Source of the DNA: Octopus sinensis
Taxonomy: Eukaryota
Length of the DNA stretch: 64,000 nucleotides
Direction: 5' to 3'
Assembly: GCF_006345805.1 (NCBI RefSeq)
Contig: NC_043013.1
Coordinates: 17,794,001 to 17,858,000 of the forward strand
In this document: piece by piece, positions 13,388 through 27,659 of the stretch
How the letters are laid out: every line of letters starts with the position of its first letter
Position numbering within the stretch: position 1 is the stretch's first letter
The notes under the pieces: generated by a model
What the model was told of the DNA's origin: nothing
Seen by the model: only the letters and a program-made list of their open reading frames with translations
Database searches by the model: none
Program-made: the position numbers and the translations under genes

Positions 13388-13552
13388 CTGACGATGGGCT
13401 TCTTTTAGTTTTCATCTATGAAATCCACTCACAAGGTTTTGGTTGGCCTGTGGCTATAGCAGAAGACACTTGCCAAGCAAAGTGTCGTGCTGTAGGACTG
13501 AACCTGAAACCATGTGGTTGGGAAAGAAATTTTTTAACCACACAGTTATGTG
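13388..13552 (-). mobile_element. tRNA-derived SINE (family B), 5' half
   Basis: Same sequence as 22981-23350 (CACATGGTTTCAGGTTCAGTCC...GAAGCCCATCG on minus). Confidence 0.8.
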
Positions 13553-14879
13553 TGTGTGTTGTGTGTATGTCTGTATACATGTATATGTATATATATATAT
13601 GTGTGTGTATGTATATATATATATAAATATATACACACACACATATATAATGTATATACACACACATATATATATACATACATATATATGTGCTGGGGAC
13701 CTTTGTTAGTCACTTAAGACATCGCGTTTGTGGCTTTGAATTAGTTTTAACTCGTTATCGTTAGCAAAAGAGGTGCTAGCCAGTAATTAATTTTGCTTTT
13801 AGGTTCTAATTGCTAATAAGCTACCCATTTTAATTTGTATGCGTATGTATATATACACCATAATTATCATCATTATCATATTATTATTTAACGTCCATTT
13901 TCCATGCAAGCACAGGTCGGACAGTTTCAAAGAGTTCAGTGAGTCACAGCGCTGCACTGAGCTCCAATGCCTTCTTTAGCATTGCTTCTATGGCTGCATG
14001 CCCTTCCTAATGCCAACCACTGTAAAGTGTGCATTGGGTGTATTTTTCATGCCATTGTCACTAGCAAGGTTGCCAAGTAACATGCAAGACAGAAAAAGGA
14101 AAATGACAAAAAGGAGGAGTATTTGATGGGGGTGTAGCTTTATGTGAGGCATTGACAGGCTCAAGTACAACAGAGTTTCAAGAATAGATGTCTTGCTACA
14201 GAGGAGAAACATGGTTACCCTTACATTATGTAGTGTTGGGAGTAGTTGGGAAAAAGATAAAGATGACCAGTGATGGAGTTCCAAAGCAAACTCTCAAGGA
14301 ACAAGACAGTGAGATATAAAAGAAGATACAGACAGGGGGTCAGGGGAGAGGAGGATATATGGTGATATAAATGTTGAGATATAAATAGACAAACAGACAT
14401 TAAAATGTGGTAATGATAATGTGCATATCAAAAGATATAGCAAGAAATTACATATGTACCCAAAGTCCCCATGTACAGCCAGCTTGATAGCAGGCACAGG
14501 AATGTTGGTTGACCATGGCTCAGTTATAAGGACAAGCTGAAGAATAACCTCTCAGCAGTCAATAGAGGCAACAGAATGGCCTTTGAGTGAACAGAATGGA
14601 GATTATCATGTCAAAATGGTATAAGAAACTTTATTTCAACTAGCATTAACAGGCTAAGGGGAGCAAGGCAAAGGAGAAAAGCAGCTGTAAATATACCACC
14701 TGCACTGACCTGTAATCCTCATACTTGCAACATCTGTGGGTTTCTTTGCAAATCGTTGGCAGGACTCAAATGTCACATTTGACATAAGCATTATGACTGA
14801 CAAAGAGAGGGTAGGCTGTTGGATCCTCTTACATCGAAACCAACAGGAGAGTACATATCACACACACACATGCACAAAT

Positions 14880-15350
14880 GTGTGTGGGGTGTGGGTATGC
14901 TTGTGGAACTTGATGAATACATACTTATCATGAGTGTGGTGACTGGCTGTGTACCTGCATGTGTAAATTGTGGTGAACTCATTGATCTGTCCTGCATGTT
15001 CCAAGCCAGATTTCATCATCTATCCTCAGTGATTCACAGATAATAAAGCAGAGGGTCCCATCAAAGGTTAATAATTACTAGAAACAGAAGTTTGTTCCAA
15101 GCCAGGTACTTCTGCAGTTGTCTCACTAGGAAGGTGGCATTGGTAGTTCTTCCTGGTTAAAAGCCTGAACAGCATTTCATCAGGTTAATATTGTTCCTAA
15201 TCAATTTTGCAAGAACTCTTTCTGCAACCTTCATAACCTGGTCCAACACTTTAATACTTTTGCAGTTTTGCCTCTCTAGTCCATCACCTTTGACCGATGC
15301 TGCTGTTGTGCCAATCTTTGGGTATAACGTCTTCCTGTATTACCTTATTT
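14880..15350 (-). mobile_element. Decayed RTE reverse-transcriptase fragment
   Basis: Nucleotide similarity to the RT region of the RTE at 39960-42345 (LLDQVMKV...QFSF...RTTNA). Confidence 0.6.
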
Positions 15351-15554
15351 TCTATTCAGATGACTAGCCGATATCCTATTTTGCATTAACATCACTTAAT
15401 CTGATTAGCCCTTTCTATAAACGTCGAATCCTTGTCTCGATGTGAGATATTTTTGGCCCAGATGTAGATATTGTTTTCCTGATAAGAGATGCAAGAGTTG
15501 ATTCAGCTCTTACATATGTGTGGAATTCCTTCCTATATCTACTGGTATTTATAA

Positions 15555-16310
15555 TATGTTATCAGAAAGTTTCCAAGCTACACATGATGTAGTATATATT
15601 CTTCAATGGAAATGTGTGTACAGCTTACGATCATAATGATGATAATAGCCAATGCATTAAGTCAGTCTATAAACATATTTCATGCTACATACACGTATTT
15701 TGATTACAACATAAGGTTTTGTAACACTTTTGGAACAGCTCTGAAATGTAAGGGATCTAACACATACGAGCGATGTACTAAATTTTGCATGAAGCTTGTT
15801 AGATCTGCTACTGAGATCCTAAAAATGTTTGAACTTAGGTCTTTGAGTGGTACATGCATGACAAGGATGGTCAAATATTGTGAATTCATCTATAAGGACC
15901 ATCACCGAACAATCCACCAACTTCCTTCTATGATTGGAATCAGTAATGGAGTCTACCAGAAAATCCTCACAGAAAACCTGGACATGTGACACAGCTTTTG
16001 AGAAAGAACCAACAAAATGCTACTTGTTTCGTACTCTCAATACTAGCTTGACCTTTCCTTTTGTACCTTCACTAGGTTTTCCAATATCAAAGTGATATAG
16101 AGGAGGCACCACTTAAAGAAAAATGAAATTCAAATGGCACTATACTTGATATTGGATAGCCTTCAGGTAGAGGACTCCTGTAGTGCTTTCGTATTGGGGA
16201 AGATTTACTGGGATTACAATGTATGTTCTCAAAGGGATTATTTCCAAAAGGAAGGGGATAAATATAAAATAATATAGTAAATACTTTATTTAATAGATTT
16301 CAAGTGTCCT
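15555..16310 (+). mobile_element. Mariner transposon relic (internally deleted, degenerate)
   Basis: HTH-like DHHRTIHQLPSMIGISNGVYQKILTENLDM; remnants of C-terminal DLA...F and GDYF motifs. Confidence 0.6.
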
Positions 16311-16861
16311 TTGTACATTATAAGCTACGTTCCAGTCTATAGAATGGTTAACATATCAAAAACAGATGCTATAAAGTTTGCTATACCAAACAAATCAAAG
16401 AGGTATATAGATTGACAGATGATTGATTGACTGAATGACAAGATAAATAAATAAATAGATAGATAGATATAGATAGATAGAGAGAGAGAGAGAGATATAT
16501 ATGAACAATTAGACATACAAACAGATTGGTACATAGCTAGATAAACACAGGATCTCATGAAGACAAAGCTATATATATTGGTTTCAAACCCAGCAAGTTC
16601 AGGGGAAGGGATAAGTTGATAGCATCAACCCCGAAAGGATGAAAGACAAAATTGGCCTCGGTGGAATTTGAACTCAAAACGTAAAGATGGTCGGAATGCC
16701 ACTAAGCATTTTGCCTGGAATGTTGGACACAACATGCCCTACTGCTTGGCATTCACACCAGAATCTCCACTATGAACATTTCAGAGTGCTTGAGTATCAA
16801 GCTGAGTGTTTGCCATGTTCCCAAAACATGTACTGAGAATGATAAAAATCTAACATCTAAT

Positions 16862-17613
16862 CAACATCATGATGTTTGGAACGATGGCTATGTTATGCCT
16901 CCAATCATCTTCTGACACAGCCTCAGACTCAACACGGAGACCCACATCAACTGCCTGGACGAGGTAGTGCTGCCCTGGGTCAAGAGGATGGCTGCTGGAA
17001 GACCCTGTGTCTGGCAACAAGACTCTGCACCATGCCACACAAGCAAGAGAACCCAGTCATGGCTGTCAAACAATTTCTGTGACCACATCTGTGCAGGTGG
17101 CACGTAAAAAGCACCCACTACACTCACGGGCATCCAGCTGTAGAAACATTGCCAGATAAGACTGGAGCCTGGTGCAGCCTTCTGGCTTCCCAGATCCCCG
17201 GTTGAACCGTCCAACCCATGCTAGCATGGAGAACGGACGTTAAACGATGATGATGATGATGATGACATCACCCCTAACATCTGGCCACCTAACTCCCCAG
17301 ACTGCAACCCTCTTGATTATGTGTGGGGTGCAGCAGGAGGAGAGACCAACAAAACTCCTTGTAACACCAAAGATGAACTGAAGGCAAGGATTATGGCAGC
17401 ATTCACCAACTTAAACAAGGAGACCGTCCAGAAGAGTTACAGAAGATTTTGAAGTTGTCTGGAGACCATAGTTGAAGCCAATGGCGATTATATTGAATAA
17501 ATTTACTCTTTAGTATTTCAACATATTCTCAGTAAATATATCTGTTAAAATGAGATGTCAGTGTTATTTTCCTTTTCGTGTAATTTATACAACAATTCAT
17601 TCACCACACCCTG
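16862..17613 (+). mobile_element. maT (DD37D) transposon fragment interrupted by an RTE tail at 17090-17269
   Basis: WQQDSAPCHTSKRTQSWL...|ITPNIWPPNSPDCNPLDY; right end CACCCTG-TA; insert flanked by ACATC direct repeat. Confidence 0.85.
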
Positions 17614-18280
17614 TACATAATAGCCACAAACTACTCTTGATTCAACTAGCTTTACTCTGCCCCTTGTCAAGTTATGGTTTTGCAGTCCATTGTTATATTT
17701 TACAATAAATAACAGTTGTTAATAAAAGGATAAGAGCGTTACATGAGTATATTATGAGGTTGTTCAACTTATATTCAATAGTGATTAAAAACAATAGATA
17801 AAGTAAGAACCTTCCTGCCCTGACATAGCGAGAAGCAGATAGACAAGTCACACAAAAGAGGACTTCAAAAAGCTTATTCAGGAAGTGTTGTTGATAGAAA
17901 TGCAAGAAAATAAAAAGATATATGGCAAAAATGAGACAGGACAAGGAATGAAAATTTGCAATGGTTATGCCTTTCAATTAGGACAGAGACAACTTGACCA
18001 TAAGCAGTTCTGAACTGGAATTGAAATCCAATTGCTTGCTGTGTCTGAAGAAAGAAGGGAGATAAATAGTGATGGCTTTAAAAATGGCTCGTCTTTCAGA
18101 AAATGGTGAGGTCAAAATTTGAAAATAAAAGCAATTGAAGCTTCATTTCACTATTAATTTTATTTATATAATTTTATTATATTTAATTTTATAGATTCAT
18201 CAGATGAATATGGAGTTCTGAACAAAAGAATACAAAATGAAAGACAGTCTTTATTTGCAATAATTCAGTGACAAAGAACA

Positions 18281-18596
18281 TTTTATTTTTATGCGCCCTT
18301 TTCAAGCCAAGCCAGGCTCATGGGCCCGGTTTCCTGGTTTCTATGGTGTATGTGTTCCCCCCAGCTGGATGGGACGCTAGTCCATCGCAGCGTTACTCAA
18401 GAAACAGGAAGAGAGAGTGAGAGAAAGTTGGGGCGAAAGAGTACAACAGGGGTCACCACCACCCCCTGCCGGAGCCTTGTGGAGCTTTTAGGTGTTTTTG
18501 CTCAATAAACACACACAATACCTGGTCTGGGAATCGAAACTACGATCCTCCGACCACGAGTTCACTGCCTAAACCATTGGGCCATTGCGCCTCCAC
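18281..18596 (-). mobile_element. Full-length tRNA-derived SINE (family C) with 12-bp TSD
   Basis: Head GGAGGCGCAATGGCCCAATGG...GTTTCGATTCC on minus; TSD TGACAAAGAACA at 18269-18280 and 18597-18608. Confidence 0.9.
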
Positions 18597-20140
18597 TGAC
18601 AAAGAACAAAAGTAAACCGTGAAATAAACGGAGAAAAGAAACCAGCAAAATAAATAAAATAAAAATGTATGCACACTCAATTATACCCACCTATAGGGGA
18701 CAAATGGTGTTCCCCTTCTAAAAATTCTTGGGACAACCCAAACATTCACAGCATTACTGTTGATGATTGCAAATACATAGAATATAGGAACTGGTAATGG
18801 TAAAGTTTGGTTATAAGCACATTTTATGTCCTTATAACCAAAGAGAATGACATCAAAGTTTAATAGTAGCTGGAATACTTGTGTAGAGAGCAGTAGATAG
18901 TATTTGAGTGAGAATCTATGCAAAATAGGGGTGCATGTATGGCTAAGAACTTCCTTATGTATCCACAGGGTTTTGTATTCAATCCCACTGTGCAAGTGTT
19001 TTCTATTATAGCTCCAGGTTAACTAGAGCCTTGTGATGGAGCTGGTACATGGAAACTGAAAGAAGACTTTATATGTGTGTAAGTGTCTTGACATCACATG
19101 CTAATTGTAGGCAAACATCACCACCATAAGAGCAATGGCATTCATTTGCAATCTTCCATGAAAACATGTCTGGCTGTTGTGCTGTTCAAGTCTGAATGAC
19201 TAGGAGAAATATTGTTTTGCTTGGAAACAGGTGAGGGTGGTAAGAGTAAGAGCATTTAGATATGGAATTTATGCCTCAACAAATTTTATTTGTTGTATGC
19301 AAGCATAGGAAAGTGCATGTTAAAGTAATGTCAACAACAACAACAACAATGCTGCTGCTGATGATAATGGAGTATATTACAATAATTTCTTAAAGTGTAT
19401 TAAAAGAATTATGGGAAAGCAAAGTCTACAATGCTGCTCAGAGCTTGTTGGTCATATGCCCGGAATTCATCTCTCCTCTCATTCTTCATATTATAGCCAA
19501 TCCTTCCCATTCAAGAACATTAATTGGTTTGACATCAATGGTCTTGGAAGCCATGTGCTTGTCCTTCCCACTCAAACAAACTAACAAAAGGGCAAGGATA
19601 CAGGATGCACTTAAAGTTACTTGATGGCAGAATACTTGTATAGAGTGTACTGGAAATAGAAAAGTGTTTAAGGAGTGTAGCAAGGCTTCCACTGAGATTT
19701 GAACAATCATGTTCATTTTCCTCAGCTCAGGACCATAGCCTCCGAAACAGCAATAAAAGCTAAAGCCAGTTTGAAAAAATTAATTGTGTCACCATAAAAT
19801 TCATTAACACCTATTTAAACATAGACCAGCCAATCAGGGTGGCTGGTGTCTAACCAAATCACCTGAAATCTTCCTGCTGAATAATCTGGTCAAACTTTCT
19901 AGAAGTTCCACGGGGTATTGTAAAAACTGGGATTTTGGGTTACCAGATAGAAGAACCTCAGGTGCAACACAGAATTCTATCAGTCAGTTTTTGTGATTAG
20001 GTGTTCTCATTTTTTTCCCTATTTCTCTGTCATTAATAACCATCAACAATTTTCATATATGTAACTAAAATATTTTATACCATAAGATCAAGTCAAACCT
20101 GGCAAACACAGAAGACAGATATTAAGTGATGATGGTAATG

Positions 20141-20605
20141 ATATATGTATTTGTATATGTGTATGTATATGTGTGTATGTGTTTATGTGTGTGTATGTGT
20201 ATATATATGTGTGTATGTGTATGGTGTGTATGTGTATATATATGTGTGTATGTGTATATATATGTGTGTATGTGTATGGTGTGTATGTGTATATGTGTTT
20301 GCGTATGTGTGTGTATGTATATGTGTGTATGTATATGGTGTGTATGTGTATATGTGTGTTTGCGTGTGTGTATGTATGTGTGTGTATGTATATGTGTGTA
20401 TGTGTTTATGTGTGTATGTATATGGTGTGTATGTGTATATGTGTTTGCGTATGTGTGTGTATGTATATGTGTTTATGTATGTATGCATATATGTGTGTGT
20501 CCATGTGTATATATGTGTGTATGTATATGGTGTGTATGTGCATATGTGTGTGTGTGTGTACATGTGTGTATGTGTATATGTGTGTATGCGTGTGTGTGTG
20601 TATAT
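20141..20605. repeat. Compound (TG)/(TATG) microsatellite
   Basis: Direct inspection. Confidence 0.95.
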
Positions 20606-22045
20606 AAACATGTTTGCCCATCTCTCTCTTGCACAGACATACAATAAAAAAGAAGGAGAACCAAACGTAAACAGGGTGTGTCCATTGCAAAAGAAACATG
20701 GAATGAATCATAAGAAACAACTTCTTAAATAATCATTCCTAATTAGACAATATCATCACTTTCATCGTCTTCCTCCTCACCATCTCAGCTGCTATTTCCA
20801 GCAGCAGCAGAACCACCACCATATGAACATTATCATCATCATCATCATCATCATCATAATTGCTGTTCTTGATAAGTTCACTCATCATCACAATCACTGT
20901 CATCATCCTAACAACAGTCAAGATCAAAGTCATTATCGTCAATATATTATCAACATGATTTTTGTCATCATCATCATCATAAAACATAATCGTCAAGGTG
21001 ATGGACATTTTTCATCCTTATCATCTTTAATTTAGTTCTGCTACCACTAGCACTCCCACTGTTGCAGCTGCCACTGCCACCAACACTGCAGCAGCAGCTG
21101 CCGCCGCCGCCACCGCCACCACCACCAGGATAATAATCCTGATCATAATTATTATCATTGTCATTATCATCATTATCTTTTTCCTTCACCCAATTTTAAT
21201 AAAATCAGTTGCTGCTGGAATATCAGTCCCATTACTTGCTTCCCTGGGCTCAATTCCACATTGTTTACACATGTCTACAGAACCACTTACGTGTGTGTTG
21301 TGTGTGTGTGTGTGTGTGTGTGTTATGAGGTTGCATATATATATATATTCAATATATAATTATTAACCTGTTGGAATTAATGAATGTAATAACCACAGTT
21401 TACTCTTTACTCTTCCCTGCTTTTCATCTCTTAACATTTGTTCTTCATTCTATTCATCCTCTCACTCATTTCTCATCTCTAACCATCTCTCACTCCCCTA
21501 TACACTCTTCTAACCCCTATCTACTCATACTTCCTCAATCTGTCCCTCATTCACTTCGACTCAACTCACTACCCTGAGGGTCAACCCCAACACCACATCA
21601 CTACTATTTTCATTTCTTACCTCCTCCATCCCAGCCTTTCCCATTCTCTCATCATTAATGTGAGTGGCTGTGTGGCTCCTCTACAACAAGAAACCAGTTC
21701 TGTACTACCACTCCTTCTCTCACACTTTTAACTCCTCATCGCACAGCATAAAAACCATCTCCCTTCTCTGCTGTAACCCCACTCAGTTGAAGGGAATCCT
21801 TGTCTTGCTGGCGGCATGGCAACCTCACCAGTGCTGGTGTCATGAAAACAAAGCACCAAGTACACATTGGAAAGTGTTGGCAATAGGAAGGGTGTCCAAC
21901 CATAAAAAAAAACAAAACAAAAGCAAGAATAGGAATATGATGCAGTCTTTGGACATATTGCATCCTGTCAAATCATCCAACCCATAGAACACAAACATTA
22001 AATGATACCAGCATAGCACATGAACATTAAATGATGATAATAATG

Positions 22046-22341
22046 CAGATGAGGCCTATGGTTATATATATAAGTAACCTATTTCTAAATGCCTACAACC
22101 TCAATATATTGACAACTATACGCAATAAAAATTAAAATAACTACTTTTAACTATAGGCTGAAAAAGCTGTAAGAAGTGATTTTAATGATTTTAAAGATGA
22201 GGCCTATGGTTATATATATAAGTAACCTATTTCTAAATGCCTACAACCTCAATATATTGACAACTATACGCAATAAAATTAAAATAACTACTTTTAACTA
22301 TAGGCTGAAACAGCTGTAAGAAGTGATTTTAATGATTTTAA
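22046..22341 (+). ncRNA. Two tandem ~148-bp units, each a degenerate minimal hammerhead with a long stem II
   Basis: CAGATGA/AAGATGA - GGCCTATGGTT...AACTATAGGCT (11 bp) - GAAA - (A/C)AGCTG - TA; stem I partner missing. Confidence 0.6.
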
Positions 22342-22521
22342 TAATTTATATGATTTTTATAATTTGTATTCTTATCTTATATGTATTGAATTATAAGATA
22401 TATATGTATAATATTGAGCTTCTCATTTTGTTAAATGAATAAATAATAAATAATCCAATATTCTAATATCTGCAAGTTGATGAACAAACTAAATTTGTTT
22501 CTCTTCTTCTTATTTTCTATT

Positions 22522-22572
<51 letters not shown>

Positions 22573-22621
22573 CACACACATATACATATATATATATTAT
22601 ATATATACACATACATATAAC

Positions 22622-22730
22622 GGGGTACTGAAAAAGACCTGGCTTTGGGTAAAAGAAAATATATGATGATCAGTTAATTATGATTTTATTCAACTTATTC
22701 CCCTGTCAGATTCACACACTTATTGCAGCA
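22622..22730. mobile_element. Terminal fragment of a mariner-derived MITE
   Basis: GGGGTACTGAAAAAGACCTGGCTTTGGG matches the end of the 36037-36254 element. Confidence 0.6.
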
Positions 22731-22980
22731 ACCCACTACGAAGTTTGCCATCACTCCTCCCTTCTTTATTCATCTATCACTCCTTCCTTTCTCATTCATA
22801 TGTTGTGTCCATGATGGTGCTGCTGCTGCTGTGTATCTGAACATCTTGGACTGCATCCGGAACCCTGCTTCCCACCCACAATGGGTTGGCATTCAACAAC
22901 TTACTCCAAAACCTGGCCCAAGGATATGCTGTGCTTTCTCTTTGCCTTTTCTACTGGTATCATGGTGATCTCTGTTTCTT

Positions 22981-23350
22981 GCGCAGGAGTGGCTGTGTGG
23001 TAAGTAGCTTGCTAACCAACCACATGGTTCCGGGTTCAGTCCCACTGCGTGGCATCTTGGGCAAGTGTCTTCTGCTATAGCCCCGGGCCGACCAATGCCT
23101 TGTGAGTGGATTTGGTAGACGGAAACTGAAAGAAGCCCGTCGTATATATGTGTGTGTTTGTGTGTCTGTGTTTGTCCCCCTAGCATTGCTGGTGTGTTTA
23201 CGTCCCCGTCACTTAGCGGTTCGGCAAAAGAGACCGATAGAATAAGTACTGGGCTTACAAAGAATAAGTCCCAGGGTCGATTTGCTCGACTAAAGGCGGT
23301 GCTCCAGCATGGCCGCAGTCAAATGACTGAAACAAGTAAAAGAGAGTAAA
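22981..23350 (+). mobile_element. Full-length tRNA-derived SINE (family B)
   Basis: A-box TGGCTGTGTGG, B-box GGTTCAGTCCC, internal (TG) tract, tail GAAACAAGTAAAAGAG; many copies in window. Confidence 0.9.
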
Positions 23351-24815
23351 AGAGAAAGAGAGATTGTCTTGTGTCACCCACTATCAACTCAATCATTGCT
23401 TCCCCTCCTTTTATCACCCACTTTGCGTCTATCTCACCATACACTGCACTAACTGTCCAGGCCAACATGTGTTGGAAGGTGTGGACATGCCTGTACAGTA
23501 TATATCATCATGTATTTATATATTTTATATCGTAACTGGTAATTAATAGCATTGTAGGTTATAGGTTTCCAGCAGATCTATTCTGCAAGTCTTTGGCTGG
23601 TTTCTTTAATCTTCAGCAATTCTCTCAGCTCATTTGTGCCCTACATTAATGCTGTATAACTTAGGGATAATAATACTTGACTAATTTATTTTCGGCCTCC
23701 ACAGATTGTTTCTTTTTAATACTTGCTCATCTCTCACTATCCACATCTCGCTGTCTCACTGTCAACATTTCCTTGTCCTTTCTGATTGTTTATTTCTCAC
23801 CATCCCTATCTGATAGTCCATCCCTCACTGCTCATCTCTAACTGTCCATCTGTCCCTACTCATCTCTGTCTATTCATCTCTCATTGTCCATCTCTCACCG
23901 TCCCTATCTGGCTGTCAATCGCTCCCTACTCGTGTTTCATTGTCCCTATTTCACTGTCCATACTATGATCTGTGACATTGAGATTGAAAAAGAGGGTGTT
24001 TAGATGCTGCAAGCACCGCCTCAATTAACTCAAAGGTAGAGTGACATCCCTCTTGCATACCTCTCCACTTTCATCAATGATTTCACTGATTGTGAGGTAT
24101 ATTTGTGTTCCTTAATTGGAAAATCTAACAATCAAAAGCATAAACTATATTCTAGGAAAATGCAATAATCAATGACGATGTGTTTTTCCATCTTACATTT
24201 GACATGACATTCAGGATTGTTATGTGGAAAGAAAGGATAGATGGTGAGGTGGGACAGAGTGGTGGTGTAAGGTGAGATGAAACAATGTGGACAAGTTTTA
24301 CCCTTTTTAAGAACAGAATTTCAAAAACTCCACACTACTGAATGCTTAACATTGTATTGTGGTGCCTCACCCTGACAGAGACAAACATATCATGAAATAC
24401 ATGACAGCATTACTTATGCTTGCTGATTGGAGAGCAAAACGAAGGGGGGAAAAAAACCCTGGAAGGCGATCAAGCATGACAGTTTATATCATGTGAAGAG
24501 AACATTAGTAGTGTGAGTGCACCACCCAGATCATGTAGGATGGGTTTAAATAATATGCATGTCATTTGACGAGTGCAGGGATTCACTGATGGATTCTGTT
24601 ACACGAGAAATATTGTCTGGTGTCAGATCAGTCCTGTTTGAGCTGATATTACAATTAAAGGTATTCTAATGAGAACTATCCTATTTATTGGGTAATGAAC
24701 ACAGGTATGATTCACTACAAACTCCACCTATACACTGAATATAATGGCGCCAGTATGGGGACAACTACCAAGGCAACCTAGAATCTCAGAGATATTGGAT
24801 TACTCTGCCAAGCCA

Positions 24816-24860
<45 letters not shown>

Positions 24861-25064
24861 CCTTTCTATTGTAGGTACAAAGCCTGAAATTTGTGGGGAG
24901 AGGGTAAGTCAATCACATCGGCCCCAATGTTTCACTGGTGCTTAACTTATTGACCCCAAAAGGATGAAAGGCAAAGTCAACTTCAGTGAAATTTGAAATC
25001 AGAACATAAAGATGGACAAAAAGCTGCTAAGCACGATAATGGCTCTACCAGCTCCTCCATCTTA

Positions 25065-25097
<33 letters not shown>

Positions 25098-25439
25098 TCT
25101 TTCTAATTTTGGCACAAGGTCATAAATTTTAATGGGAGGGGTTAGTTGATTACATTGACCCCAATCCTTGACTTGGTTGTGACATGATTTGAATTCTAAG
25201 TACAAAGAGCTGGGGTTATAACCCAATCCTTGACTGGTTGTGACATGATTTGAATTCTAAGTACAAAGAGCTGGTTATACCCCCCCCGCCCCCCCAAAAA
25301 ACCATGAGGCATTTCATTAAACACTAACAATTCTACCAAATATCATAATAATAATCCTTTCTAGTTCTGGCATAAGGCTTAGCAATTTTGAGAGGTGGGA
25401 TCAAACCTATTACCTCAACTGTAGTACTTAACAGTGACA

Positions 25440-25660
25440 TTTTACTGCCAGAGATGAAGATGAATCTGCGATCAAATGTGTTTCCATTGCTTTGAGAAAT
25501 TCCGTGTAATGAGTTGGGATTGATATTTCTGTTAGAAGCCACTTTCTTTCCTTGTGATCCTTATCAGCAACATCTGTCCAATTAAACATGATCTTTTGGT
25601 CTCTGCAGATTGCCATCTTCCATAGTATGGTGGCACTGTCATTCAGAGATATTTCCTCAT
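25440..25660 (-). mobile_element. Old R4/Dong-clade LINE relic (REL endonuclease region)
   Basis: ATILWKMAICRDQKIMFNWTDV...KDHKERKWLLTEISIP aligns with the endonuclease region of the 60372-61960 element; TAA arrays nearby. Confidence 0.6.
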
Positions 25661-25742
25661 GTATTACTTACTCCACCTTTTATGAATATATTTTGATATA
25701 TAGGTTTGAAAATTTTTTATAATTGTCAGTTTATAAATATAT

Positions 25743-25814
<72 letters not shown>

Positions 25815-25980
25815 ATATATATATACACACACATATAATATATATATACATATATATATTATACATAAATATATATATATACATAAAATATATATATACA
25901 TAAATATATATCTATATAAATATATATATATATATATATACATAAATATATATATAACATAAATATATATATACATAAAA

Positions 25981-26011
<31 letters not shown>

Positions 26012-27659
26012 CACACACATATATATATATACCACACACACACCACGCATATATATATACATACATTGTCATAGCTTTCTTTACGTGTACACACACACAC
26101 ACATACACACCAACACATACATCAACACACACACACACAAACAAACAGAGTTACCTTCTGACAATTAGATAAAAGACATTTGAAACTCCTTCTCATTGTT
26201 GCATAACATAGTTAGTCATGCGTTCAGTGATGAAAAGTTATTTGGAAAATAGGACTCTATGTATCCATTTGTTTATCTATGTCTCTCTCTCTCTCTCTGT
26301 TTCTCTCCCTCTCCCTAGCTACATATATATATATATAGTCTTTCACATCATCATTACAATCATTTCATGTCTGCTCTCATGTTAGTGTCGGTTGAATGGT
26401 CGTCACGGTAGGCTAGTTCTAACTGTAAGTCACTGCCCTCCTAGAAGTGCCGCAGGACTATATCTTACTGATATGATGAAATGCATTCAGTTGTCCACTC
26501 CTTCACATGGTCGGTGCTAGGCAGCTGTTTTACAGAGTATAACTGGAAGTGTTTTATCACAGCATCAGCGTTAGTGAGTTTGCCATGGACCTTGGTACAG
26601 AGTGTCTAGCTCCCCATGATGTGTGCATTTGTTCAAGGTAATATCTTTGAGATGATGGATAGAAGAGACTTTGATGAAAGAAGATGAACCAGCAAGGGAA
26701 CAAGAGTAGAAACAGACTGATTGGTGCGAGAGGGTGTTGGTGGTAGAGGAGGAGAGAGAGAGTGATGGATGGTAAAAGATGTAGAAAATGGTAAGATTGG
26801 CAATACAGAAAGGCTGATGATAGGCTGATGGGTAGAAACTGATCAGATACAATCCCTCATATATAAGTCTGGTTAATGGAGGAGAGACAGTGATGGATAG
26901 TTAAAAATGTGGAGAATGGTAAGAGTGAGTGATGACTGACAATAAAAATGGATGATGGTAGAGTGTACTGAATAGAAACTGATGATAAGATGCAATTCCT
27001 TATATAGGGTCTTGTTAATGATGAGAGAAGTGGAATGATGAGGAGAGTGGTAGAAATTTGGTTATGTCCTATGCTATCCCTCATGGCATACAGATGACAT
27101 AAAACAAGGAATACAAGAAAAGGTTGTAAGTGAAGGCTAAAAGAGTTGGTAATAAGAAGGGCATCCAACTGTAAAACACTATTTTAGGAAAAATAAAAAT
27201 GTATGAGCTATTGCCCCCTAAATTAAATCTATATTATAGAATATTTCATACAAAGACATTCCAATGCTTTTCTCTCTCTTTCACACACACACACACACAC
27301 AAATATAATGTTCATTGAAGTGTTGTCAATAAGCGAATTATTAGATTTGTGGAATTTTGTAAACAGTAATAATAACAATAACTAGAACAACAACAATAAA
27401 AAATAATAACATTAATAAATAATATCAGTAAATAATAATAATAATAATGATAACAACAACAACAACAAAAACAACAATATACTGGAATTTAAGTCAATAT
27501 TATTAAATACTAAAAGAAAAGTATATATATATATATATATCATCATAATCATCATCATCATTTAACAACCATCTTCCATGACAGCATGGGTTGGACTTTT
27601 GGACAATCTGTAAAAGAGTTTTTGTATATGTGCATGTATATGTATGTGTATGTGTTGTA

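Noticed and set aside
20126-21189. ORFs rich in CV/YM, poly-G, poly-D and poly-I
   Set aside because: Microsatellite and triplet-repeat artefacts with no consistent frame or splice context
22981-23060. tRNA gene-like A/B boxes (also at other SINE heads)
   Set aside because: No complete cloverleaf; they continue into multi-copy SINE bodies
26814-26852. CTGATGA...GAAACTGATCAG hammerhead-like string
   Set aside because: No stem I, stem II not paired, U16.1 misplaced; part of a diverged purine-rich duplication
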